From the IMG/VR virus record IMGVR_UViG_3300022217_000200, positions 1-43,496 of that record: a stretch of 43,496 nt of DNA; one strand, written 5' to 3'. Positions 17,048 to 25,014 of this stretch are shown here, one piece after another. How positions within the stretch are numbered: position 1 is the stretch's first letter; each line of letters starts with the position of its first letter. Source of the stretch: a virus. Taxonomy: Duplodnaviria > Caudoviricetes. A program made the position numbers and the translations under genes. A model generated the notes under the pieces. The model ran no database searches. It saw only the letters and a program-made list of their open reading frames with translations, and had not been told where the DNA came from.

Positions 17048-17293
17048 TTTGAGTACCTTCACATTGCGCTCGATGGTTATTTTGACTTCGTCCCAGTTGT
17101 CGAAAAAGAGCGCTGGCGCTTGAATCTTGGCGTAGGATTTCAGGGTTTTCTCGGATTCTTCTTGGTCTTCAAAGGACAGAGCCCAATCCTCTTGAATGAC
17201 TCTGCTGTTTGGGCTGTCATCGTGATAACGAGCAAACCAACCGGGGTTTTCAGGGTCACTTGTAGTATCAAAGATGATTCGGACCGTTTTCAT
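16781..17293 (-). CDS. First early gene, A-B fusion protein
   Basis: GGAGGT RBS before ATG 17293, directly downstream of the leftward promoter. Confidence 0.85.
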   Translation of the reverse strand: MKTVRIIFDTTSDPENPGWFARYHDDSPNSRVIQEDWALSFEDQEESEKTLKSYAKIQAPALFFDNWDEVKITIERNVKVLKMTTLREKLVNKAINRAKLNHEHEGPCTSLACEEVKDGNIRLYDDWESIILNFEQALKALGQAEHAANTDGNPYEVFWSMATAYGQNSK

Positions 17294-17328
17294 TTTGGAT
17301 ACCTCCATTTTGTTGTGTGTCTAAATCC

Positions 17329-17356
17329 ATTCTAGCAATGGTGGCTTAGTTGTCAA
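17329..17356 (-). promoter_or_regulatory. Leftward early sigma70 promoter
   Basis: TTGACA-N16-TAGAAT. Confidence 0.8.
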
Positions 17357-17378
17357 CCCTCTAAGCCACTTTTTTTTT
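17341..17378 (+). promoter_or_regulatory. 9-bp inverted repeat around the early -35, followed by a T-tract (operator and/or + strand terminator)
   Basis: GTGGCTTAG-N11-CTAAGCCAC then a T run. Confidence 0.6.
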
Positions 17379-17379
17379 C

Positions 17380-17640
17380 TTGAGACAAAATGAATGCTTT
17401 TGACTCGGTTTAATAGGTATTAATAGGGTATTGTACTTTGATATGTTTTCGCGGACGGAAAAATAAAAAAATAAACATAAGAATATAATATACATATAAT
17501 TATAGCAGTATAAGTGTAATAGTATATACGTAATACGATATACATATACTATAATATTCCCCCATGAAGGAAACTTATGTTTCTTTTTTTTTAAAAAAAC
17601 TCAAAAAAAAATCAGAGATTTCAAAAAGGTAGTAAATGGG
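17380..17640. other. Very AT-rich non-coding segment; candidate replication origin
   Basis: A/T tracts, TA-rich core, AAACATAAG/CTTATGTTT inverted repeat, located at the strand switch. Confidence 0.45.
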
Positions 17641-17645
17641 ACTAT

Positions 17646-17686
17646 TATGATTTAAATAGAGTCACTATATGATTTAAATAGAGTCA
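17646..17686. repeat. 19-bp direct repeat with 22-bp period
   Basis: TATGATTTAAATAGAGTCA at 17646-17664 and 17668-17686. Confidence 0.9.
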
Positions 17687-17705
17687 TAGTGATTCATTGA
17701 AGGCC

Positions 17706-17734
17706 TTGACATCCCTGTTCTATCACCTTAGAAT
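17706..17734 (+). promoter_or_regulatory. Rightward sigma70 promoter
   Basis: TTGACA-N17-TAGAAT, then GAGGT RBS and ATG 17760. Confidence 0.85.
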
Positions 17735-17759
17735 CTACTGCAGAAAGTGAGGTAATAAA

Positions 17760-18371
17760 ATGAATTCAATTCATCCAAAAAGCTCAAAATATTTAGGCTT
17801 CATTACGATGAGAGAAGCGAGTGAATTGCTGGGTGTTTCACGTTCTACCCTACTCAGGTGGATGAAAGCGGGTATACTGGAATACACGAGAACGCATGGC
17901 GGTCATCGGCGAATTAAATATAGTGCCCTATCACGCTTGGCCGAAACCAATCTAAATTCAAAGGAAAAGAATCCAAAATACAATAAGCGTAAAGCAACAG
18001 GAGCCGCCGCAAAATGGGCACAAAGGAAAAAATTACTCGAGAGTATTGAGAATCAGTCTTCGCAGTCCAAACAGTTAGAACGACCAGAGGGTTCTGAGAG
18101 TCCCCCTGCGGATTCTCCACAACCCCAAAAAATCGAACAACCTTGGCATGGGTTCCTCGAGCGCAAGCCTGAGGATTTGCGCACAGAGGGATCTAGACAG
18201 GAGGTAGCGGCACTCCTGCCCTATTGTAAACAATGCGGCGGGGACATGCTCTATGGTAGTACCGGGTTTCGCTGTGATGCGTGTGTCAAGCGCACCCTCT
18301 TGGAAATCCCCGACACTTCTGACACTGTCAACACTGTCGACGATGATCCCCTGGGTTTAGGGGATTTGTAG
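17760..18371 (+). CDS. BldC/MerR-like winged-HTH regulator with C-terminal zinc ribbon
   Basis: EASELLGVSRSTLLRWMKAG...RTHGGHRRI; CKQCGG...FRCDAC. Confidence 0.85.
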   Translation: MNSIHPKSSKYLGFITMREASELLGVSRSTLLRWMKAGILEYTRTHGGHRRIKYSALSRLAETNLNSKEKNPKYNKRKATGAAAKWAQRKKLLESIENQSSQSKQLERPEGSESPPADSPQPQKIEQPWHGFLERKPEDLRTEGSRQEVAALLPYCKQCGGDMLYGSTGFRCDACVKRTLLEIPDTSDTVNTVDDDPLGLGDL

Positions 18372-18443
18372 ATTTCGTAAGTTTCGTAGATTCCAGAGAT
18401 ATGGTCGATTTGGCTTGATCCCTCCTTAATTCCACTCTACGAT
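18362..18443 (+). promoter_or_regulatory. Late promoter 1 with upstream 9-bp repeats
   Basis: AGATTTCGT-AAGTTTCGT-AGATTCCAG (18370-18396); TTGATC-N17-TACGAT (18415-18443). Confidence 0.65.
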
Positions 18444-18469
18444 AAAACCAGAAAGGCGTTTGGTGCGAT

Positions 18470-18622
18470 ATGGCCGTACGCAAAAGCCCAAAGGGTGGCT
18501 GGCTCGTAATCTCTGAAAAAGGCAAAGTGCTCCGTGGACCGTTTAAGACCAAGGCCGAAGCGGAAGCGGCGCTCAAGGAGATCGAAATGTTCAAGCACAT
18601 GAGGAAGAATGACAAAGAGTGA
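18470..18622 (+). CDS. 50-aa basic phage protein
   Basis: Not in the track. MAVRKSPKGGWLVISEKGKVLRGPFKTKAEAEAALKEIEMFKHMRKNDKE; fills the gap before terS. Confidence 0.75.
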   Translation: MAVRKSPKGGWLVISEKGKVLRGPFKTKAEAEAALKEIEMFKHMRKNDKE

Positions 18623-19028
18623 ACGAAAGAAGCAATTGCGCGAGGAGATAGACGAGCATCTGGACGCACTGGGTGCGCCTCCTGTGCATATACAGCTGGC
18701 CAGTTATTCAGCGGGTATTGATCCTTGCGGTGTCGTTAGCCAGTTGTGGGAGCTACTCGAGCAGTGTCATCGATACCGGGTTGACGGTCGACCCCGGGCC
18801 ACGGATTGGGAACGACTGTGGGACCATGTCACGGAGAATCCAGCGCTACGAGGTGGCGTAGTCGACCGGGAATTGCGGCTATCGGCGACCAAGGAATTGA
18901 TGCCTTATTTACACGCTAAACTCAAAGCCGTTCATGTCAGCGGTGAGTTGTCTCATCTCGTGAGTGTAGAGCCATTGACCGATGAAGATATTGACAAACT
19001 CAAAGAACGGATGAAGAATGAATTCTGA
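18609..19028 (+). CDS. terS: Probable terminase small subunit
   Basis: Upstream of terL; RLSATKELMPYLHAKLKAV.VSGE...LTDEDI pattern. Confidence 0.6.
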   Translation: MTKSERKKQLREEIDEHLDALGAPPVHIQLASYSAGIDPCGVVSQLWELLEQCHRYRVDGRPRATDWERLWDHVTENPALRGGVVDRELRLSATKELMPYLHAKLKAVHVSGELSHLVSVEPLTDEDIDKLKERMKNEF

Positions 19029-19128
19029 AATTTATGCCGGGTGTGCGCGAACCGCGGATAGCGCACCGAATTTCCCATTGACGAATGTGGCGATAGCTGA
19101 CCGAGCAAGGTTAGGCCCGGCTCGTTTT

Positions 19129-19290
19129 TTACCCCGGTGTCGCGGGCACGGAGAGTCAATGACATGGCGGCCGACCGTGCAAGATCGCAGACGCCCCCCA
19201 AACCTGTCTAGGTCACGGAGAAACGCAACCCAATTCATCGGGCGATTGGGTTGTATTAGCTGGTTTGAATCCAGCGCGGCACCGGGGTAA
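19129..19290 (+). ncRNA. Expanded tRNA-like structured element
   Basis: 15-bp closing stem, three internal arms and a GCTGG-TTTGAAT-CCAGC T-arm stacked on the closing stem. Confidence 0.6.
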
Positions 19291-19293
19291 TCT

Positions 19294-20871
19294 ATGACCA
19301 GGGTTGTCAATCCTGAGGCGATGATTAGGGTTCTTGATGAATATTCATACGCTGAATTGAGGGAACTGCAATATCTCTGTCGCGAAAAATTCAGGACATT
19401 TGCTAAGGTCTTTTTTCGTGAGCGCACCGGTTATCCGCTCATCTGGAATTGGCACCATGGTGTACTTTGCAACACTTTGCAGCGGGTTTTCAGGGGCGAG
19501 ATTACTCGACTCATTATCAACCTGTCCCCAGGGTTTACCAAAACTGAATTTATTTCTAAGCTCGCGAATGCTTATGCGTTTTCGCAGAACTCGCGGGCTA
19601 AAAATTTGCATCTCAGTTATTCGGCCGATCTGGCCTGGGACAGCTCAACAGCAGTCCGAGACATAGTCACCTCGGACCTTTTTCAGGCGCTGTATCCAGG
19701 TATGCCCCGGATAGACACCAGGTCAAAACGAACGTGGCGCACTGAGGGCAACGGTATGATGGTTGCGGGCAGCATAGGTGGCCAGGTGACCGGGCAACGG
19801 GCTGGCCGGATGGAACCGGGATTCCATGGTTTGATGACTATTGATGACCCGACGAAACCTGAAGACATGTTCTTTCAAACACTCAGGGCAAAACGGAACC
19901 GTGTTTTCAAAACAACGTTGCAGAGCAGGGTTGCCCGGCCTGAGGTTCCCGTGATTCTGATTATGCAGCGCCTCCACGAGGACGACCCAACGGGTTTTCT
20001 GCTCAAAGGGGGTACTGGTGAGAAGTGGCATCACTTGGTAATCCCGGCTGAAATTGAACAACAGCAATGGGCCGAGGGATACCCCGAGGAATATACTCAT
20101 GGAATCCCCATCCGCTATTTGGCTCCGCTCGGCTATACCTGGCCACTCAAAGTATCAGGTGAATTCGCCGAGGCGCTCAAGGCTGATTTGATGATCTGGT
20201 TGACTCAGTTCCAGCAAGAGCCAACCGCGGAAAAAGGCGAAATCTTTCACGATGATTGGTGGGTTCCTTATGAGGAGTACGATCCCATCAATAACGTAAT
20301 TCGGTTCGAAGACGGTACCGAGGTACGGGTTTTGTACAAATCAATCTACGCAGACACGGCTCAAAAAATTAAAGAGAGAAACGATTTCAGCTCACTACAG
20401 GCTTGGGTCTATTTGACTGACGACCGTATCGCCATAATCGACAACGACACGGACAAGTGGGAAGCGCCCGATCTCGAGGAAAACTTTTTGGCCTTTTGTG
20501 ACAGACACGCCTTTCAGGCTGGTGTCAACAACATGGGTGTCCGGACTCGCAAGGTCGAAGATAAATCAAGTGGGACTGGGCTTATCCAAGCGATTAACAA
20601 AGTGAGGGGTATCGATTGGGTGGAAGGTATTCCCCGTGATACCGACAAAGTTAGCAGAGCGAAAGGTTGTGCCCCGCAAATGAAACGGGGCAAGGTGCTT
20701 GTGCCGCGTTCAGCGCCCTGGCTCGAGGGATACCTTAAAGAATTTCATCGTTTTAATTCGGCGATGATTCATAAACATGACGACCAAGTCGATGCGACCA
20801 TGGACGCGATTGAGGATATGCTCATCGGGACTCCGATGATTAACTATGCAACTGTGATAGGCGGTAACTAG
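19294..20871 (+). CDS. terL: Terminase large subunit
   Basis: INLSPGFTKTE, TIDDP, IMQRLH, YADTA...NDFS and HDDQVDA motifs. Confidence 0.95.
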   Translation: MTRVVNPEAMIRVLDEYSYAELRELQYLCREKFRTFAKVFFRERTGYPLIWNWHHGVLCNTLQRVFRGEITRLIINLSPGFTKTEFISKLANAYAFSQNSRAKNLHLSYSADLAWDSSTAVRDIVTSDLFQALYPGMPRIDTRSKRTWRTEGNGMMVAGSIGGQVTGQRAGRMEPGFHGLMTIDDPTKPEDMFFQTLRAKRNRVFKTTLQSRVARPEVPVILIMQRLHEDDPTGFLLKGGTGEKWHHLVIPAEIEQQQWAEGYPEEYTHGIPIRYLAPLGYTWPLKVSGEFAEALKADLMIWLTQFQQEPTAEKGEIFHDDWWVPYEEYDPINNVIRFEDGTEVRVLYKSIYADTAQKIKERNDFSSLQAWVYLTDDRIAIIDNDTDKWEAPDLEENFLAFCDRHAFQAGVNNMGVRTRKVEDKSSGTGLIQAINKVRGIDWVEGIPRDTDKVSRAKGCAPQMKRGKVLVPRSAPWLEGYLKEFHRFNSAMIHKHDDQVDATMDAIEDMLIGTPMINYATVIGGN

Positions 20872-23424
20872 ATGGCAACGATTCATTGTCACGTACAAGT
20901 GGAGCAGGCGCTTGACCAGCTGGGACTCAAGCAGGGATCAACCCCATGCACTCCGGGTTCGGCCTTTGGCGAGGCCAATGTTGGGGCCAATGTTGGAGTA
21001 GGGGACGGCGAGATCTATCGCGATAAGGTTGGGGTGACCCTGAATTTTCGAACACTCAAGGCTGGCACCAATATCACAATCGGTACCGCAGGTGACGAAG
21101 TAACCATCAATTCTACGGCCGGTGGAGGTAATGTTATTGGGCCAACTCCACCCGCGGAGCCTAAAAGTATCGCCACCTTTGCCGATGCAACTGGTCTCAT
21201 TTTGGATGATAATCTCATCCGCATCGACACAGCCAGTGGAGGCGCTATTTTGCCGGCTCGGGCTATCCAAGCTCGGGATGACGAAGTGTCACCGAAGTGG
21301 CACGATCTTATCGCTGCAGATAAAATCACAGGCGTTGAGGTCATCGTAGGCAATGTCCTGGATCGAATAGTTGTCCGGGCAGTCCAAGACGTAGAAGCGG
21401 AAGGTTCAGGAGGTCGGGGTCGAATTATCCAAGAAAAGATTTCAGTAGATTGGGAAGTTGAAAAGGCGGGATCTATTTACTTGCCCACCGAGCCCAATAC
21501 AAAACGGATATTCCGTTTGGGTACTGGGGGAACGAGTGGATCTAAATTTGACATCTACTGTGGTTCTATCGACCCACAAGGCGCTGTTGCAGCTGCACCC
21601 GGGTCACTCTATGTTCGGGGCGATGTCGCGCTCAGTAATGCCTCTATTTATCAGCACCAGGGCACCACGGTAACGAATTCGGATTGGGTTGAAGTCGGAT
21701 TCAAAGGCGTTATCACTGCGTCTGACGTGATAATCGACACGACGGGTGTTTCGCCCCCCTGGGACAATGTACAGGATTCTATAAAAGCTTTTGGAATGGC
21801 CGGGACAGCGCAACACAATAGCCCCCACATCAGTGATGCGGGCAGTGGGCAAATCAATGTGCAGTCCGGTTATGGTTTTTTTCGTGCCACGGACAACCCC
21901 GAATTGAGCCTCTATGCCGGCGGATGGCCACCGTCCAGCGGGATTTCGATACCTACGGGTACAATCCGCTATGTGGGTGCGGAATACAATGCAGGTTCAC
22001 CCCAGGTCACGGTACGCACGTCCGAAAATTTCAATGGGCACACTGATTTTCGCTTAGGGACTGTGGTAAACGAAGGGGGCACACTGCACATACTCAATAA
22101 TCCCCAGTATTGCTCAGATTTCGGTGAGCGGACGTTTCACCGATTTTTCGAAACCTTCCCGCTCAAACGCGCTGATCGTTTAGGGGGTATCATCCCGGCG
22201 GGGACAGGGGTTCGGTATCTCACTGTCTCGATTGGTGAGCTGTATGACGGATTCAATGAATTTGTGATTAGCGCGATCGATACTTCGGGCACAGACACTT
22301 TCGATTCTTATTATCGGGACGGTTCTGGGGGCTGGACGAAAACCGCTTCGCAATCTCAGTGGGACAATGCCAACTATGATGACGGGACCGGTACTTTGAA
22401 CAGTTTGGGTGTTGGGAAGTATGGTATCCACTGGCTCTATATCGAGGCAGACAGCAACCTGGTGCTGCTTTACGGTCAAGATCAATACAACACTGCAGCT
22501 GAGGCGGAATTGGCTTCCGTGCCTGCCACAGTGCCTTTGAGAATTACGGCTCATGGTCGATTATTAGGCCGTTTGATTTTTCAGCAAGGCGCGTCAAGCC
22601 CGCTGGCCGTAGACAACGTTTGGGACGAAGTGTTTACGGGTTCGGCCAGTGGGGGCGATGTATTCGGACCGACCAGCGCGAGCGACGAAGCGGTGGCTAG
22701 ATTCGATACCGGTACCGGGAAATTGATTCAGAACTCCACAGTGCTCATTGATGATACAGGGCATATTTACGCTGCAGCTGCGGATACAACTTCCCCCGTC
22801 GGGCTGAAAACCACAGGTACCAATGGGGGAACGGCCCGGATTTACATCGGCGATCGTTCGCCCGAGGGCAATGTGAGCGCGGCCCCGGGCGCGTTCTATA
22901 TCAAAGAGGCGGGGTCAGAGTCACGACTCTACCAACACCGCGGCACGTCGACGGGTTCCACAGGCTGGGTCGACCTGACTGCAGTGGGTGGAGGTACCGC
23001 GGTCAACATCGGTTTCTATGCCTATCGGACTGGGTCAAACCAGACATTGAGCACTGGTGTCGAGACTACGGTAGGGATGAACAATGTCCGGGACGATGCT
23101 GGCAGTGATTTCACTACGAGTTTAACAGACAGCTATTTTACTTGTCCAACTGCAGGTCGATATGTTTTTTCAGGTTCGCTTGAGCTGACCTTGGCCGCAG
23201 CGGGTAGGGGTGAAACACGGCTCTATTCCTCGGTTCATGGCAGGGTTGCCGAGTCCAGCGATCACGAGAATACAGCGGGTACGGTAAAACCTAGTATCTC
23301 GACAGTGCTCTATTGTGACCAAAACGAGGTAATCCGACTCAAAGCGTGGCAGAATAGCGGGTTCACAGCGACAATTCAATTGGCCTATTCGCATTTTTCT
23401 GGCGCTCAAATAGTCCAGGTATAA
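20872..23424 (+). CDS. 850-aa fibre-like virion protein with C-terminal C1q-like domain
   Basis: G/T/S-rich with an internal duplicated module. C-terminus GFYAY...FTCPTAGRYVFS...SHFSGAQI. Confidence 0.75.
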   Translation: MATIHCHVQVEQALDQLGLKQGSTPCTPGSAFGEANVGANVGVGDGEIYRDKVGVTLNFRTLKAGTNITIGTAGDEVTINSTAGGGNVIGPTPPAEPKSIATFADATGLILDDNLIRIDTASGGAILPARAIQARDDEVSPKWHDLIAADKITGVEVIVGNVLDRIVVRAVQDVEAEGSGGRGRIIQEKISVDWEVEKAGSIYLPTEPNTKRIFRLGTGGTSGSKFDIYCGSIDPQGAVAAAPGSLYVRGDVALSNASIYQHQGTTVTNSDWVEVGFKGVITASDVIIDTTGVSPPWDNVQDSIKAFGMAGTAQHNSPHISDAGSGQINVQSGYGFFRATDNPELSLYAGGWPPSSGISIPTGTIRYVGAEYNAGSPQVTVRTSENFNGHTDFRLGTVVNEGGTLHILNNPQYCSDFGERTFHRFFETFPLKRADRLGGIIPAGTGVRYLTVSIGELYDGFNEFVISAIDTSGTDTFDSYYRDGSGGWTKTASQSQWDNANYDDGTGTLNSLGVGKYGIHWLYIEADSNLVLLYGQDQYNTAAEAELASVPATVPLRITAHGRLLGRLIFQQGASSPLAVDNVWDEVFTGSASGGDVFGPTSASDEAVARFDTGTGKLIQNSTVLIDDTGHIYAAAADTTSPVGLKTTGTNGGTARIYIGDRSPEGNVSAAPGAFYIKEAGSESRLYQHRGTSTGSTGWVDLTAVGGGTAVNIGFYAYRTGSNQTLSTGVETTVGMNNVRDDAGSDFTTSLTDSYFTCPTAGRYVFSGSLELTLAAAGRGETRLYSSVHGRVAESSDHENTAGTVKPSISTVLYCDQNEVIRLKAWQNSGFTATIQLAYSHFSGAQIVQV

Positions 23425-23434
23425 AGGGGTTCCC

Positions 23435-24187
23435 ATGGAAATTATCGTTATGAAGGACAGTGACCTTATCGTCGATTTCGGCGATTTGGGAGAATCACAA
23501 GCCACATTGACATCACAGGGTCGTTACAATGCGACCTATCATGATTTCGTGACTGCAACGCCTACGTATCCCTCAAACCCTACGACTTTTCGGGCTTCTA
23601 CAGATTGGACAGACCAAGAGGCCTGGTATTGGGACTCAGGGTCGAACAGTTTCGTCATCCCGAAGATAATGACAGGCTGTCAGCATTATACCCATGGGCA
23701 CAAAACCCGGTCAGATATGCTCGACATATCATCGCCAAAAATCGGGGACACAGTTTGGTGTACAACGTACAATCGGATGTTTTGGTGGTCAGGGAATACC
23801 TGGCAATGTGACCAGACAATTGAAGGAATAAATAACAGCGGTTTTACGATTTACGAAGGGGATGTTGTTGTCCCAAGCGCTGTTGTTGATGATGCCTATG
23901 TAACTACTACAACGGCTTATCATCCCTCAGTATCTGGTGTGGTAGTAGTTGGGGCATCGAATGGTAATTGGATGACTATCGCTGTCCAAGGGATTTGGAA
24001 GGTGTTCGTTTATGGTCTATTAAACGAGGGCGAACATTTAGCTACTTATTCAACACATGGAAATGCTCAAGGAGTCGGTGGCCCACCTGCCTCGGTGAGC
24101 GGTCAATTTGCTACAGCTAAGGAAGATAAAACAGCGTCACCAGTTGCGACGATAAAAGCTCAAATAGGAATTTTGGCCCATTACTAG
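23435..24187 (+). CDS. Putative head fibre/decoration protein (DUF2190-like C-terminal domain)
   Basis: NNSGFTIYEGDVV...GVVV...IAVQG...GEHL pattern. Confidence 0.55.
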   Translation: MEIIVMKDSDLIVDFGDLGESQATLTSQGRYNATYHDFVTATPTYPSNPTTFRASTDWTDQEAWYWDSGSNSFVIPKIMTGCQHYTHGHKTRSDMLDISSPKIGDTVWCTTYNRMFWWSGNTWQCDQTIEGINNSGFTIYEGDVVVPSAVVDDAYVTTTTAYHPSVSGVVVVGASNGNWMTIAVQGIWKVFVYGLLNEGEHLATYSTHGNAQGVGGPPASVSGQFATAKEDKTASPVATIKAQIGILAHY

Positions 24188-24198
24188 GGAGGTCTATT

Positions 24199-24429
24199 AT
24201 GGGTATTGAAATGTCAGTAGTAGGACACGCACAAGGTATCAAGATGCGCAATCAAGTATTGCGTCGAATCTATGATGCCCTGACTGATTTAGATTCAGAG
24301 ATTGATGATGGGGACACTGAGCCCGCTTTTGCTGGGGCTACAGCAATCGCTGACCCCGATCGTGGGCTCATACAAATAAAGGTCAACGATAGACGATTTG
24401 ACATTATAGTTGTACCTCATTTCAGGTGA
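24199..24429 (+). CDS. Hypothetical protein
   Basis: GGAGG RBS; 76 aa. Confidence 0.75.
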   Translation: MGIEMSVVGHAQGIKMRNQVLRRIYDALTDLDSEIDDGDTEPAFAGATAIADPDRGLIQIKVNDRRFDIIVVPHFR

Positions 24430-24456
24430 CAACTGAGTCAAGAAAGGGATGGGAAC

Positions 24457-25014
24457 ATGGCATTAGATGACACTTGGGGTTGGTTAACAAATAGACCGGG
24501 AAGATCACTTTCGTTTTTTCTTACCGAAGACGGAACCCCAACGGGTAACTATAATATGACGGGTGATTATTCAGTTACACCGAAAGATTTCTTCATTCAA
24601 CCCGCAGTTGGACTGGTTTATCAGCTTTTAGGACTCAAGGTCTTTATGACCCTGAAACCTATTCCTAGTAAAAATTATTATGGGGAGATAGTGGGAGGTC
24701 TTACTAATGGAGTCTCACTTATTTATCAAAGGGGTGCTTATGAAAAGGAATTATTACCCCTTGGACCTGCAAAGAATAACGCGGATTGGGTAATCGCAAA
24801 TGCGACCCGGATAAATCCGATGCTTGACGGAGCAGCAGAGCTTAATGTATTCGAATTTGATTTTCGACAACTTTTCAGTTTGTCGCAACCTCTATTTGGA
24901 GAACAAAACGACCGTTTCATTGCTCGACTAAACGACGATTTTACTATGCAGACCACACATATGATCATGGTAAACGGCCTTAGTCAAGCGCTTCACAGGG
25001 ATCAACAATTATGA
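24457..25014 (+). CDS. Hypothetical beta-rich protein, possibly virion-associated
   Basis: 185 aa; ATGA-coupled to the portal gene. Confidence 0.7.
   Translation: MALDDTWGWLTNRPGRSLSFFLTEDGTPTGNYNMTGDYSVTPKDFFIQPAVGLVYQLLGLKVFMTLKPIPSKNYYGEIVGGLTNGVSLIYQRGAYEKELLPLGPAKNNADWVIANATRINPMLDGAAELNVFEFDFRQLFSLSQPLFGEQNDRFIARLNDDFTMQTTHMIMVNGLSQALHRDQQL

Noticed and set aside
19102-19130. Intrinsic terminator after terS (CGAGC..GCTCG followed by T6)
   Set aside because: Only a 5-bp stem with a 13-nt loop; too weak to call, though it may belong to the adjacent structured RNA.
19136-19284. Canonical tRNA, tRNA-Sec or tmRNA gene
   Set aside because: Too long for a tRNA and too short for tmRNA, with no 7-nt anticodon loop and no CCA. 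Kept only as a tRNA-like element.
19294-20871. Intein or intron in terL, pol or the primase-helicase
   Set aside because: The ORFs are continuous and of normal size, with no splicing or homing-endonuclease motifs seen.
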